NCBI GenBank assembly: GCA_943359525.1
Contig: CALRHV010000004.1
Location: forward strand, 1 to 62,277
Reading direction: 5' to 3'
Origin: Candidatus Uhrbacteria bacterium
Lineage (GTDB): Bacteria; Patescibacteriota; Patescibacteriia; UBA9934
Length of the DNA: 62,277 nt
Shown: positions 20,713 through 30,234 of the stretch, in pieces
Numbering within the stretch: the stretch's first letter is position 1
How the letters are laid out: each line of letters starts with the position of its first letter
Position numbers and translations under genes: made by a program
Notes under the pieces: generated by a model
Told to the model about the DNA's origin: nothing
Databases searched by the model: none
The model's input: only the letters and a program-made list of their open reading frames with translations

Positions 20713-20721
20713 AAACAACGT

Positions 20722-21495
20722 ATGGAGATGATTTTTGCGCTGATTCTTGGGCTTGTTGAAGGAATCACCGAGTTCTTGCCTGTATCATCAACAGGTCACC
20801 TCATTCTCTTTAATGAGTGGTTTGCGTTCGCGCCAGATTTCACAAAGATGTTTGACATCGTGATTCAACTTGGAGCAATTCTCGCAGTACTTGTGGTGTT
20901 TTCAAAGCGCATTCTTCCGCGAACGCCTTCGAATAAGAAACTCTGGAAACGATTTGTTGTTTCGGTTATTCCAGCATTACTCATTGGCGCGTTGTTCGGA
21001 TCAGCAATTCAGAAGGCGCTGTTTAATCCAACCGTTGTCGCGGTCGCGTTGATTATCGGTGGCGTTCTGTTGTTGGTTGCCGAGCATGCGCGGCCAAAAC
21101 AGACGCTCACCGATCTCGGACAGATGAGTTATGGAAAGGCGTTCGCGATTGGATGTATTCAGTGCTTTGCCTTCATTCCAGGGACATCTCGATCTGCCGC
21201 GACCATTATCGGCGCAATGTTTCTTGGTGCATCAAGAACCGCAGCGACTGAGTATTCCTTTTTCCTTGCGGTGCCGACGATTGCGGCTGCATCGGTCTAT
21301 TCGATGTTGAAGAATCCGATTTCCCTGGGCGGAAACGATTTGATGATACTCACGATCGGATTTGTGACGGCATTCCTCTCTGCGCTCGTCATCATTCGCC
21401 TGTTCCTGCAATACATTCGCAATAAAACGTTCGCACCGTTCGCGTATTATCGGATTGTGCTTGGTGTCATCGTATTGCTTTTCTTTGCTCGATAA
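20722..21495 (+). CDS. uppP: Undecaprenyl-diphosphatase
   Basis: GLVEGITEFLPVSSTGHL, IQLGAILA, PGTSRSAATI, EYSFFLAVP. Confidence 0.95.
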   Translation: MEMIFALILGLVEGITEFLPVSSTGHLILFNEWFAFAPDFTKMFDIVIQLGAILAVLVVFSKRILPRTPSNKKLWKRFVVSVIPALLIGALFGSAIQKALFNPTVVAVALIIGGVLLLVAEHARPKQTLTDLGQMSYGKAFAIGCIQCFAFIPGTSRSAATIIGAMFLGASRTAATEYSFFLAVPTIAAASVYSMLKNPISLGGNDLMILTIGFVTAFLSALVIIRLFLQYIRNKTFAPFAYYRIVLGVIVLLFFAR

Positions 21496-21521
21496 GCGTT
21501 TTTCCAGTACCGTAGCGAAAT

Positions 21522-22382
21522 ATGTCTACCCCCGTTGTTCGCGAATCTGCAGTGTGGAGCGAAATTGCGCTTCTGGATTCTGGCAATTTCGAAAAGTGTG
21601 AACGATACGGCGACATCGTTATGGTTCGTCCAGAACCGCAGGCGCTGTGGGACATCGGCGGCACATCGATCTGGCAGTCTGCGCATTTGGCGTATAAACG
21701 ACAGGGCCGTGAGGGGGAATGGACCATTCACAAATCCGTTCCAGAATCGTGGAATGTGTCGTGGGAAAATCTTACATTCCGTATTCGTCCAACGTCATTT
21801 AAGCACACAGGGCTTTTTCCTGAACAGGCGAGCAATTGGAAATGGATTCGGGAGAATGTGAAGCCGGGAATGACTGTGCTGAACCTTTTTGGCTACACTG
21901 GTGGCGCAACATTGGCCGCGGCGAGCGTTGGAGCCGACGTAACACATTGCGACGCGAGCAAGCCGGTGGTGACGTGGGGCAAGGAAAACGCGGAACTCTC
22001 TGGCCTCGGCGCCGCTCCGATTCGGTGGATTGTGGACGACGTGCAGAAGTTCGTTGCTCGTGAAATTCGTCGCGGAAATTTCTATGACGTTATTATGCTC
22101 GATCCGCCGGCATTTGGTCGCGGACCAGAAGGTGAGTTGTGGCAATTTGAGGAACATCTTCCGGCGTTGCTTGCGGATTGTGCGAAGTTGTTGAAGCCAG
22201 AAGCGGGAATGCTCTTGTTGAATGCGTATTCCTTGGGATTCCCAGCGCTGGCTCTCGAGAACCTCGTTCGAACCACGATGCCGTTCGTGAAAAATATCGC
22301 CGCGGTTGAACTCACATTGAAAGAAGAATCGCCTCGGGCATTTGAGTTGCCGACAGGAATTGTTATTCGTGCAACGTGGTAA
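21522..22382 (+). CDS. Class I SAM-dependent methyltransferase (RlmI/RlmK-like)
   Basis: FKHTGLFPEQ, VLNLFGYTGGAT, IMLDPPAFG. Confidence 0.85.
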   Translation: MSTPVVRESAVWSEIALLDSGNFEKCERYGDIVMVRPEPQALWDIGGTSIWQSAHLAYKRQGREGEWTIHKSVPESWNVSWENLTFRIRPTSFKHTGLFPEQASNWKWIRENVKPGMTVLNLFGYTGGATLAAASVGADVTHCDASKPVVTWGKENAELSGLGAAPIRWIVDDVQKFVAREIRRGNFYDVIMLDPPAFGRGPEGELWQFEEHLPALLADCAKLLKPEAGMLLLNAYSLGFPALALENLVRTTMPFVKNIAAVELTLKEESPRAFELPTGIVIRATW

Positions 22383-22440
22383 TTGTTCGTGTTGATAATC
22401 GGTGGCTCGGAACTGATTCCTTTGATACGATGAAAGAACT

Positions 22441-22863
22441 ATGACCAATGTCGAACAAGGGCAAATGAAAGAGATTGCAGATACTGTCCAAAATGTGGAA
22501 CATGCGTTCGTGGTTGTACAGCAAAATATGCTCGGCATGCAGAAAAGTATGTTTGGTTTACAGAAAACGATGCTCGAGATGCAGAAAAACATTGCCACGA
22601 AGGATGATATTGCCGCGGTCCGATCCGAAATGGCCACGAAGGATGATATTGCTGCAATTCAAGAAGATATCGAGTTCCTTAAAGAAAACATAGCCACAAA
22701 GGAAGACCTCGCTGAGTTCAAATCGGAGGTTGTTAAGCATATTGACGGTTTTGCTCAGCAGAATCAGAAGTTCGATATTGAATTGGTCGCTGCACAATCA
22801 AAGTTCAGCCGAGTCGAGGCGCGGGTAGAGGTTTTAGAACTGAAGGTGGGAATTGGGGCGTAA
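22441..22863 (+). CDS. Coiled-coil hypothetical protein with ATKDD/ATKED repeats
   Basis: IATKDDIAAVRSE-MATKDDIAAIQED..IATKEDL; 20-bp DNA repeat at 22594 and 22633. Confidence 0.6.
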   Translation: MTNVEQGQMKEIADTVQNVEHAFVVVQQNMLGMQKSMFGLQKTMLEMQKNIATKDDIAAVRSEMATKDDIAAIQEDIEFLKENIATKEDLAEFKSEVVKHIDGFAQQNQKFDIELVAAQSKFSRVEARVEVLELKVGIGA

Positions 22864-22864
22864 T

Positions 22865-23437
22865 ATGAATGATATTGTTTTAGATATTGAAACGCAGAAT
22901 ACATTTGAAGAGGTTGGCGGCTACTTCACGGACAAGCTGAAAGTTTCGCTGGTGGTGGCCTATTACTACGCCACCGATACGTATGAATCGTACCTCGAGA
23001 ACGAGCTTCCGATCATGTTTAAGAAACTCGAGACCGGCGGACGAATTATTGGCTACAACTCGATCGGCTTCGACATGCCCGTGCTGAATAACTATTACGC
23101 AGGGGACCTTTTGAAATTGCCACAGCTCGATATTTTGAAGGAGATCGAAAAGTCTCTTGGCTATCGTATTAAACTCGATGACGTCGCCGCGGCCACAATC
23201 GGAACTCGGAAATCGAGTCATGGTCTTCAGGCGGTGGCATGGTGGAAAGAGGGGAAAATCGAGGAAATTCGTGAGTATTGTCAGCAAGATGTGAAGGTGA
23301 CGAAAGAAGTATACGAATTTGGTTTGAAAAATGGGTATGTATTGTTCGATGATCGATCAGGGGAGCGGCGATTGATTCCGGTGAACTTTACTCCAGTGCC
23401 AGAGAAAACCATCGTGAATCTGACGATGGGTTTCTAG
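22865..23437 (+). CDS. RNase H-like (YprB/DEDD) exonuclease domain protein
   Basis: VLDIET, IGYNSIGFD, YCQQDV acidic motifs. Confidence 0.8.
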   Translation: MNDIVLDIETQNTFEEVGGYFTDKLKVSLVVAYYYATDTYESYLENELPIMFKKLETGGRIIGYNSIGFDMPVLNNYYAGDLLKLPQLDILKEIEKSLGYRIKLDDVAAATIGTRKSSHGLQAVAWWKEGKIEEIREYCQQDVKVTKEVYEFGLKNGYVLFDDRSGERRLIPVNFTPVPEKTIVNLTMGF

Positions 23438-23570
23438 GGACTTATCCCCGTGGATATGTTCCCTTGACCGCGCCTCGGAACACTCCGGAGCGCGTTTTTT
23501 CTTGATTTTTTTCGGGTGGAAAATAGGCAACAGCGTTATCCACTTTTTCGATGCAGCGTTCGCCTGCGTA

Positions 23571-23618
23571 CCACTAGATGTAGTGCTATACTCGCCAATG
23601 CACCACAAGCGATTGTGT
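23571..23618 (+). promoter_or_regulatory. Tandem NrdR boxes overlapping an extended -10 promoter of nrdJ
   Basis: CCACTAGATGTAGTGC (23571-23586) and CCACAAGCGATTGTGT (23603-23618), 32 bp apart, fit acaCwAtATaTwGtg; TGCTATACT at 23584-23592. Confidence 0.8.
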
Positions 23619-23642
23619 TGCGTCGTCGATAGGAAGAGTCCA

Positions 23643-23669
23643 CCCAGATTCTTCTTCTGGGATTTTTTT
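23643..23669 (+). terminator. Terminator-like hairpin inside the nrdJ leader
   Basis: CCCAGA-TTCTTCT-TCTGGG followed by ATTTTTTT, between promoter and ATG 23728. Confidence 0.45.
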
Positions 23670-23727
23670 ATCCCAAATTCGCGAACAATCGTGTTTCATT
23701 TATTTAGTTCAAACGCCGAAGACTTCT

Positions 23728-26700
23728 ATGTCCGCATCTATTGTGAAGGAGGGGGCCGTTAAAACACGTGAAGCTGACGTTACGTCTGCCGTATACGGCT
23801 ACATGACGTCGGTGAAGGAGGTTATTAAACGTGATGGCACGCATGCGGCGTTCTCTTCGGAGAAGCTTGAACGATCGGTGATCCGGTCGCTTCTTGCTGC
23901 AGGGTTTAAGGAAAAAGATCTTGTCCGATACGTGAGCCGTATCACCGGGAATATCCTTTCTCGCATTCAACGTCGATTTGATGGGCACAGCACACCAACA
24001 TCAAGCATTGTCCGTGAGATGGTCGCTGTCGCGTTTATCGACAACAACCTTGTTCACGTTGCTCGTGTCTATTTGTCGTATCGGAAGTCCGATGTTGTGA
24101 TTGCTGGCGAACAATACGGTAAGGGCATTTCCATGGATCGATATTTCACCAAGGAAGGCGTCCATCCGTACGATTTGCTCACCTGGGAGAAGCGAACGGC
24201 AATTATTACCAATGAAAAAGGTGCAACGGTGTTTGAACAGCGTGATATTGAGGTGCCAAGCACCTGGAGCCAAACATCGGTGAATATTGTTGCGCAGAAG
24301 TATTTCCGCGGAAAAGTCGGCACACCAGAACGCGAGACGTCCATGAAACAACTCATGAGCCGTGTCGCCGTCACGATGGCGAACTGGGGCCGAAAGGATG
24401 GCTATTTCACCACCGCAAAGGATGCACAGGTGTTCGAGGACGAATTGACGTGGATCCTTGTGAACCAAATGGCCGCATTCAACTCGCCGGTGTGGTTCAA
24501 CGTTGGTATCAATCCGCATCCACAATGTTCGGCGTGTTTTATTAACAGCGTTGAGGACGACATGCGTTCGATTCTTCACCTTACGGCAACGGAGAGCATG
24601 TTGTTCAAGCAAGGTTCGGGAACGGGTTCCAACCTTTCAAATCTTCGATCGTCTCAGGAATATCTTGGCGGAAGCAACGGCCGATCGTCTGGTCCGGTCA
24701 GTTTCATGAAAGGTCTCGATTCATTTGCTGGTATTGTGAAGTCCGGTGGAAAGACGCGTCGTGCAGCAAAAATGGTCATTTTAAACGTTGGTCATCCAGA
24801 CATCATGACCTTTATTGAGTGTAAGGCAAAGGAAGAGCGCAAGGCGTGGACGTTGGTGGATGCTGGCTACGATAGTGGCATGGATGGCGAAGCATACGGA
24901 TCCATTTACTTCCAAAACGCAAACAACTCGGTACGTGTGACGGACGATTTTATGCGCGCTGTTGAGGCTGACGCTGAATGGGTTACTCACGAGGTGACGA
25001 CGGGGAAGCCGTCACTGACCTACAAGGCGCGAGAAGTGATGCGGAGCATGGCGGAGTGTGCGTGGCAGTGTGGTGATCCTGGCGTGCAGTACGATACGAC
25101 CTCAAACCGTTGGCACACGTCAAAGAACACGGGTCGCATTAACGCGAGTAACCCATGTTCCGAATATATGTTCTTGGACGACACCGCGTGTAACTTGTCG
25201 TCGCTCAACTTGATGAAGTTCCGCAAAGAAGTGAATGGCGTCATGGAATTTGACGTTCCATCATTTATTCGCGCAGCAAAGGTGATGATCACGGCGATGG
25301 AGATCACCGTCGGCAATTCCAGCTACCCAACGCCGTCCATCGAGCAGAACAGCCACGACTTCCGTCCACTGGGCATCGGATTTGCAAACCTTGGAGCGCT
25401 CCTCATGAGTCGTGGTGTTGCATACGATTCTGACGAAGGACGAAACATCGCTGGAGGAATCATGTCGTTGCTTTCCGGATGTACGTACGAACAAAGCGCA
25501 CACATCGCAGAGAAGATCGGAGCCTTCGCCGGTTTCGAACTCAACAAAGAGCCATGTATGGAGGTGATGCGTATGCATCGTGACGCAACGTATGCCATGA
25601 ACCTCGAGGCGCTTCCAGCCGACATTGCTGCTGCTGCGCGAACTGCTTGGGACAACGTGGTAACGGAAGGTGACAAACATGGTTTGCGCAACGCGCAGAT
25701 TTCCGTACTTGCTCCAACGGGAACCATCGCGTTCTTAATGGATTGCGACACCACAGGAATTGAACCAGACATCGCTATCGTCAAATACAAATGGTTGGTG
25801 GGCGGCGGAATGCTCAAGATGGTGAATCAGACGGTTCCGGAAGCGTTGACACGTTTGAGATACACGTCCGATGAGCGTAAGGCGATCCTTGAGTTCATCG
25901 ATACGCAAGACACCATTGAAGGCGCACCATTCGTGAAGCCGGAACATCTTTCCGTATTTGATTGTGCGTTCAAGGCAAAGAATGGCGTGCGTTCGATTCA
26001 CTATATGGGCCACCTTCGCATGATGTCTGCAGTCCAGCCGTTTATTTCCGGCGCAATCAGCAAAACGGTGAACATGCCAAACGAAGCAACCGTCGAAGAG
26101 ATCGAGAAGGTGTACATGGAGGGCTGGAAGATGGGCTTGAAGGCGATTGCTATTTATCGCGATGGCAGCAAGCGTCAGCAGGCGCTCACCACAAGTAAAG
26201 AGAAGGACTCTGGAAAGGCACATGAATCCGTACCAACCGTGAAGGTCGCGCCAATCTCGGAGAGCACGAACGCGCCACGTCGCCGCCGGTTGCCAGATGA
26301 GCGTCGCGCAATCAACCACAAGTTCTTAGTTGGTGGACACAAAGGATTCATCACCGTTGGTTTGTACGACGACGGAACACCTGGAGAAATGTTCATCACC
26401 ATGGCGAAGGAAGGATCCGTGATCAGCGGCTTGATGGACGCATTCGCAACGTCGGTTTCCATTGGCTTGCAGTACGGTGTGCCAATCCAGGTGCTCGTAA
26501 ACAAGTTCGTGCACATGCGCTTCGAGCCATCCGGCTTCACGAACAATCCAAACATTCGCATTGCAAAATCCATCGTTGACTACATCTTCCGTTGGATGGC
26601 GCTCAAGTTCCTTTCGCCACAAGAGCAAATTGCAGTCGGAATTAATATCGTTCCTGCGATTAGTGATTCGGTCGCTGGTGATCGTTCAGCCGATCCTACG

Positions 26701-26925
26701 GATTCTTCTGTGCCATCGGCGGAGCTTCAACCAACAATCTTTGCAACAGCGACTGATGCGAATCCAACAATGACTCCAGGCACAGCGCCACAGAAAACAG
26801 CGCTTACCTCCACCTTCAACAACACCGCCGACGCCCCAGCCTGCGACACCTGCGGCAACATCATGGTGCGCAACGCGGCCTGCTACAAATGCTTGAACTG
26901 TGGGAGTACGAGTGGATGCTCCTGA
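23728..26925 (+). CDS. nrdJ: Class II (adenosylcobalamin-dependent) ribonucleotide reductase with ATP-cone and TSCPD/Zn-ribbon C-terminus
   Basis: VIKRDG ATP-cone, FNSPVWFN, SACFIN, QNANNSVRV, ASNPCSEY, LAPTGTI, QPFISGAISKTVN, CDTC..CLNC. Confidence 0.96.
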   Translation: MSASIVKEGAVKTREADVTSAVYGYMTSVKEVIKRDGTHAAFSSEKLERSVIRSLLAAGFKEKDLVRYVSRITGNILSRIQRRFDGHSTPTSSIVREMVAVAFIDNNLVHVARVYLSYRKSDVVIAGEQYGKGISMDRYFTKEGVHPYDLLTWEKRTAIITNEKGATVFEQRDIEVPSTWSQTSVNIVAQKYFRGKVGTPERETSMKQLMSRVAVTMANWGRKDGYFTTAKDAQVFEDELTWILVNQMAAFNSPVWFNVGINPHPQCSACFINSVEDDMRSILHLTATESMLFKQGSGTGSNLSNLRSSQEYLGGSNGRSSGPVSFMKGLDSFAGIVKSGGKTRRAAKMVILNVGHPDIMTFIECKAKEERKAWTLVDAGYDSGMDGEAYGSIYFQNANNSVRVTDDFMRAVEADAEWVTHEVTTGKPSLTYKAREVMRSMAECAWQCGDPGVQYDTTSNRWHTSKNTGRINASNPCSEYMFLDDTACNLSSLNLMKFRKEVNGVMEFDVPSFIRAAKVMITAMEITVGNSSYPTPSIEQNSHDFRPLGIGFANLGALLMSRGVAYDSDEGRNIAGGIMSLLSGCTYEQSAHIAEKIGAFAGFELNKEPCMEVMRMHRDATYAMNLEALPADIAAAARTAWDNVVTEGDKHGLRNAQISVLAPTGTIAFLMDCDTTGIEPDIAIVKYKWLVGGGMLKMVNQTVPEALTRLRYTSDERKAILEFIDTQDTIEGAPFVKPEHLSVFDCAFKAKNGVRSIHYMGHLRMMSAVQPFISGAISKTVNMPNEATVEEIEKVYMEGWKMGLKAIAIYRDGSKRQQALTTSKEKDSGKAHESVPTVKVAPISESTNAPRRRRLPDERRAINHKFLVGGHKGFITVGLYDDGTPGEMFITMAKEGSVISGLMDAFATSVSIGLQYGVPIQVLVNKFVHMRFEPSGFTNNPNIRIAKSIVDYIFRWMALKFLSPQEQIAVGINIVPAISDSVAGDRSADPTDSSVPSAELQPTIFATATDANPTMTPGTAPQKTALTSTFNNTADAPACDTCGNIMVRNAACYKCLNCGSTSGCS

Positions 26926-26945
26926 TCGGTGATTGATTCTTAATC

Positions 26946-26976
26946 GATAAGCGGGGCCTACCGTGCCTCGCTTATC
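26946..26976. repeat. Palindromic hairpin shared with 45012-45040 (terminator/REP-like)
   Basis: GATAAGCGGGGC-CTACCGT-GCCTCGCTTATC. Confidence 0.55.
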
Positions 26977-26983
26977 TGTTTCT

Positions 26984-27571
26984 ATGACCGATTCCTCAAA
27001 ACCCATTCTCGACGAACGAATCAAGGGCCGACAAGGTTACGGGCTGATTCAACTCATTCATGGTCATGGGAAGGGAAAGACCACGGCGGCCCTTGGGCAG
27101 GCGGTGAGGTGTGTTGGTGCGGGGAAGAAGGTGATGATTGTGTATTTTGATAAGGGAGGCACGTCGCACTACAGCGAACGTTGCATCATTGATCAGATTG
27201 ATGGCATCGATTATGTTGCAACAGGGCGCGATCGGATTGACCCGGTGACGAATCGATTTGATTTTTCGATTAACGATACTGATCGGAGTGAAGCAGAACG
27301 GGGAATCGATCTTGCGAAAAAAGCGATGATGTCGGGGGAATATGATCTTGTGATTCTTGACGAGATCAACTCTACGCAGAACTTGGGAATGCTTTCCGCC
27401 GATTCCGTGCTCGATGCAATACAGTCCAAAAGCGAGAATGTTGAGGTGATTTTGACTGGACGTAATCCGGCGCAAGAATTTCTTGATGCTGCACATCTTG
27501 TCACAGAAATGCAATTACAAAGGCATTATTTCTATTCTGGTGTTCAGGCGAGAGCTGGACTTGATTTTTAA
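26984..27571 (+). CDS. cobO: Cob(I)alamin adenosyltransferase (CobO/BtuR)
   Basis: GHGKGKTTAALG, FDKGG, LVILDEI, EVILTGR, AHLVTEM, ARAGLDF. Confidence 0.9.
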   Translation: MTDSSKPILDERIKGRQGYGLIQLIHGHGKGKTTAALGQAVRCVGAGKKVMIVYFDKGGTSHYSERCIIDQIDGIDYVATGRDRIDPVTNRFDFSINDTDRSEAERGIDLAKKAMMSGEYDLVILDEINSTQNLGMLSADSVLDAIQSKSENVEVILTGRNPAQEFLDAAHLVTEMQLQRHYFYSGVQARAGLDF

Positions 27572-27657
27572 TCGGATTCTGTGGATACTCGTGACTTCCG
27601 CTCCCTTGGAGCCGGGTATACTGACTCCGATCATCGTCGTCCTTCATCAAATTTTTT

Positions 27658-28086
27658 ATGACCATTGCCGAGATTGTTGCCGCACTTCAGGAGGGAAACA
27701 GCGTTATTGTTCGTGACAAAACCTTCCATCCACGTTCTGTTGATACTGTTATTCTCGATACCGGCGAGAACGTGTTCTGGGCATATGGCGATGCCGGCAT
27801 GTGGCTTTCGGTGGATCCAGGTGGAGAAGAAATTATGCAGTTCGAGGACATTGATGAGGAACTGGAGCCGGAAGACGATGTCGTGGTGTATAGCGGAAAC
27901 GACTTCGAATTTTCATACGAAGGTTCTGCAACATTGAAAGACGACGAAACAGCCGCGACATATACCTTCCGTGAATTTGAGAACGCTGACGGCCATAGAA
28001 TTCGTATAACTTCAGATGAGGGAAACGGCGACACAACCGTTTCGTCTGGAACGGTGGTGACAGAGGAGGAGATTCAGGAGGCATAA
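27658..28086 (+). CDS. Acidic hypothetical protein (possibly DUF4178-like)
   Basis: Very D/E-rich beta-strand pattern; own terminator. Confidence 0.5.
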   Translation: MTIAEIVAALQEGNSVIVRDKTFHPRSVDTVILDTGENVFWAYGDAGMWLSVDPGGEEIMQFEDIDEELEPEDDVVVYSGNDFEFSYEGSATLKDDETAATYTFREFENADGHRIRITSDEGNGDTTVSSGTVVTEEEIQEA

Positions 28087-28095
28087 ACAGAATTT

Positions 28096-28118
28096 GGACG
28101 CTTCGGCGTCCTTTTTTG
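28096..28118 (+). terminator. Intrinsic terminator
   Basis: GGACGC-TTCG-GCGTCC followed by T6. Confidence 0.8.
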
Positions 28119-28131
28119 TTATACTTGGTTC

Positions 28132-30066
28132 ATGGTCTCTCTCCGTGAACGTGACAACGGAACAAATGGGAAACGCCTCCGAATGTTGCGTGGGGTTCTT
28201 TTTGCGGTGTTTGGCGTGATTTGGGTTCGATTGTTTGTGCTGCAGGTGGTCTCCGCACAGTTTTATCAAGACGCTGCAAACGGAAAATCTTCCTTGTACG
28301 AAGTGTTGGTTCCGGAGCGCGGCAAGATTACGGTTCACGACTTTGATGACGACACGCCATACGATGTCGCGACGAATGAGCCGCGCGCTGTCGTTATCGC
28401 GAATCCGAGTAAGATTACGGATGCGGCAGATTCTGGAAAACGTATTGCTCAGGCGTTGGGATGGGAAGGCGTCGATGCGTATGATCGCTACGCCCTCATT
28501 GCGAGTCTAGAATCTCAAGGAAAACAGGACGAAGCTGATTCGCTCCGATCATTAACAGCGTGTGCTCCTGTTCCCGAGCCTTCAGTCGATATCTCTCCCC
28601 CTTCACAAGGGGGAGTCGGAGGGGGTGTTGCCGAGATCGCGCCGGTCGCCGAGTCTGCTGAGTGTGCTCAAGAATCCACAGCCGTCAAAAAAATTACTGA
28701 TTTTATTACTCGCCTTGGAAAGCACGACGACCCTTGGGAGCCGGTGGCACAGGGTGTTGATGCAGAGTCGCTCGATCGATTATTGGCGTTGAAGATTGAG
28801 GGGATTTCGTATGTGCTCAAGGATTCTCGGTCGTATCCGGAAAAAGGTTTTGGTGGCCATGTTTTGGGGTTCGTAGGCAGAAACGATGCGGACAGTGCGG
28901 TTGGACAATACGGCCTTGAAGGATATTTCGATGACTTCTTGGCAGGAAAGCCTGGTGAAATCTTTTCTCAGCTCGGAAGCAGGGCCTACACCCCGGCGAT
29001 CGACGGAGGGTCGTTGGTGTTAACTATTGATCGCACCGTCCAATACACTGCGTGTAAAATGCTTCGTGAAGCTGTTGCAAAGTACAGCGCCGATAGCGGT
29101 ACGCTCGTTATTGTTGAGCCATCAACGGGCCGTGTGCTTGCAATGTGCGGTGCGCCAGATTTTGATCCTGGCGTGTATTCGGAAGTCGATAGTATTGCCA
29201 CGTACAACAACCAAGCGATCTTTACGCCGTACGAGCCTGGTTCTATTTTTAAACCATTTACACTTGCTGCCGGAATTGACGCTGGCGCGATTACGCCAAA
29301 TACCACGTTTAATGATCCTGGATTCGTGAAAGTTGATGACCGAACGATTCGCAACGCGTCGGATAAGACGCACGGATTGATTACTATGACTTTTGGCTTG
29401 GAGGAGTCTGTGAACACCGCAATGGTCTATGCAATGCAGCGCACCGGTCGGGATACATTTACGCAGTATGTAAAGAACTTTGGATTCGGAACGCTGACGG
29501 GCATTACGCTGAATTCCGAGGTTGCTGGCACCATCGCCTCCCTCGACGAACCGGGAATTGTGTATGCAGCAACGGCGAGTTTCGGACAAGGAATTACCGT
29601 AACTCCACTCCAGGTGGCTATGGCATATGCCGCAATCGCGAATGGCGGGGCGCTGATGGTTCCGCAGATTGTTGATGAAATGCAATATTCCGACGGCACC
29701 GTTGATACAATTCTGCCAGAAAAAATTCGGCACGTTATTGACGCAAAAACTGCAGTGACTGTTGGCGGCATGTTGGTGTCGGTGGTGGAGAATGGACACG
29801 GAAAGCGCGCAAAGGTTCCGGGGTATTGGATTGCGGGGAAGACGGGAACCGCGCAGATTGCTCAAAGCGGAGGATATTCGGAAACAGCGTTTAACGGATC
29901 GTTTGCCGGATTCGGGCCGGTTGAAGATCCAAAATTCGCGATGGTGGTGAAAATCGAAAATCCAAAGTCCGACACTATTCTTTTTGCTGAAAGCACAGCC
30001 GCCCCTCTCTTTGGCCAGATTGCGAAATTCCTCCTTGAGTATTATCGGATTGCACCGACGAGGTGA
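28132..30066 (+). CDS. ftsI: Class B penicillin-binding protein (FtsI/PBP2-like)
   Basis: PERGKI, RSYP, GQYGLEGYFD, YEPGSIFK (SxxK), ESVN (SxN), FGQG, GKTGTAQ (KTG). Confidence 0.9.
   Translation: MVSLRERDNGTNGKRLRMLRGVLFAVFGVIWVRLFVLQVVSAQFYQDAANGKSSLYEVLVPERGKITVHDFDDDTPYDVATNEPRAVVIANPSKITDAADSGKRIAQALGWEGVDAYDRYALIASLESQGKQDEADSLRSLTACAPVPEPSVDISPPSQGGVGGGVAEIAPVAESAECAQESTAVKKITDFITRLGKHDDPWEPVAQGVDAESLDRLLALKIEGISYVLKDSRSYPEKGFGGHVLGFVGRNDADSAVGQYGLEGYFDDFLAGKPGEIFSQLGSRAYTPAIDGGSLVLTIDRTVQYTACKMLREAVAKYSADSGTLVIVEPSTGRVLAMCGAPDFDPGVYSEVDSIATYNNQAIFTPYEPGSIFKPFTLAAGIDAGAITPNTTFNDPGFVKVDDRTIRNASDKTHGLITMTFGLEESVNTAMVYAMQRTGRDTFTQYVKNFGFGTLTGITLNSEVAGTIASLDEPGIVYAATASFGQGITVTPLQVAMAYAAIANGGALMVPQIVDEMQYSDGTVDTILPEKIRHVIDAKTAVTVGGMLVSVVENGHGKRAKVPGYWIAGKTGTAQIAQSGGYSETAFNGSFAGFGPVEDPKFAMVVKIENPKSDTILFAESTAAPLFGQIAKFLLEYYRIAPTR
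28588..28625 (+). repeat. REP-like repeat family D inserted in-frame in ftsI
   Basis: GATATCTCTCCCCCTTCACAAGGGGGAGTCGGAGGGGG; encodes ISPPSQGGVGGG; homolog at 57861. Confidence 0.75.
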
Positions 30067-30097
30067 TGGACCTGAACTGATTTTTTGAATGGTATAT

Positions 30098-30175
30098 CAG
30101 TCATCCCCGCGCAGGCGGGGATCCAGACTGTTCGATCCTGTGTGTTATGGATCCCCGCCTGCGCGGGGATGACTG
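30098..30175. repeat. Inverted doublet of REP family A
   Basis: CAGTCATCCCCGCGCAGGCGGGGATCCA ... TGGATCCCCGCCTGCGCGGGGATGACTG. Confidence 0.9.
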
Positions 30176-30234
30176 AGGGTGAACATAGATGCATGTCTTC
30201 CGATTTCGCCTTTTTTCACATACACTTCCCACAT

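Noticed and set aside
23590-23727. Cobalamin riboswitch upstream of nrdJ
   Set aside because: The conserved B12-element motifs were not recognisable and the leader is short. Only a terminator-like hairpin is reported.
30085-30234. N-terminal extension of murF in the ORF track (VIPAQAGIQ...WIPACAGMT)
   Set aside because: This is the translated REP doublet. A better start, MKPL, lies at 30235.
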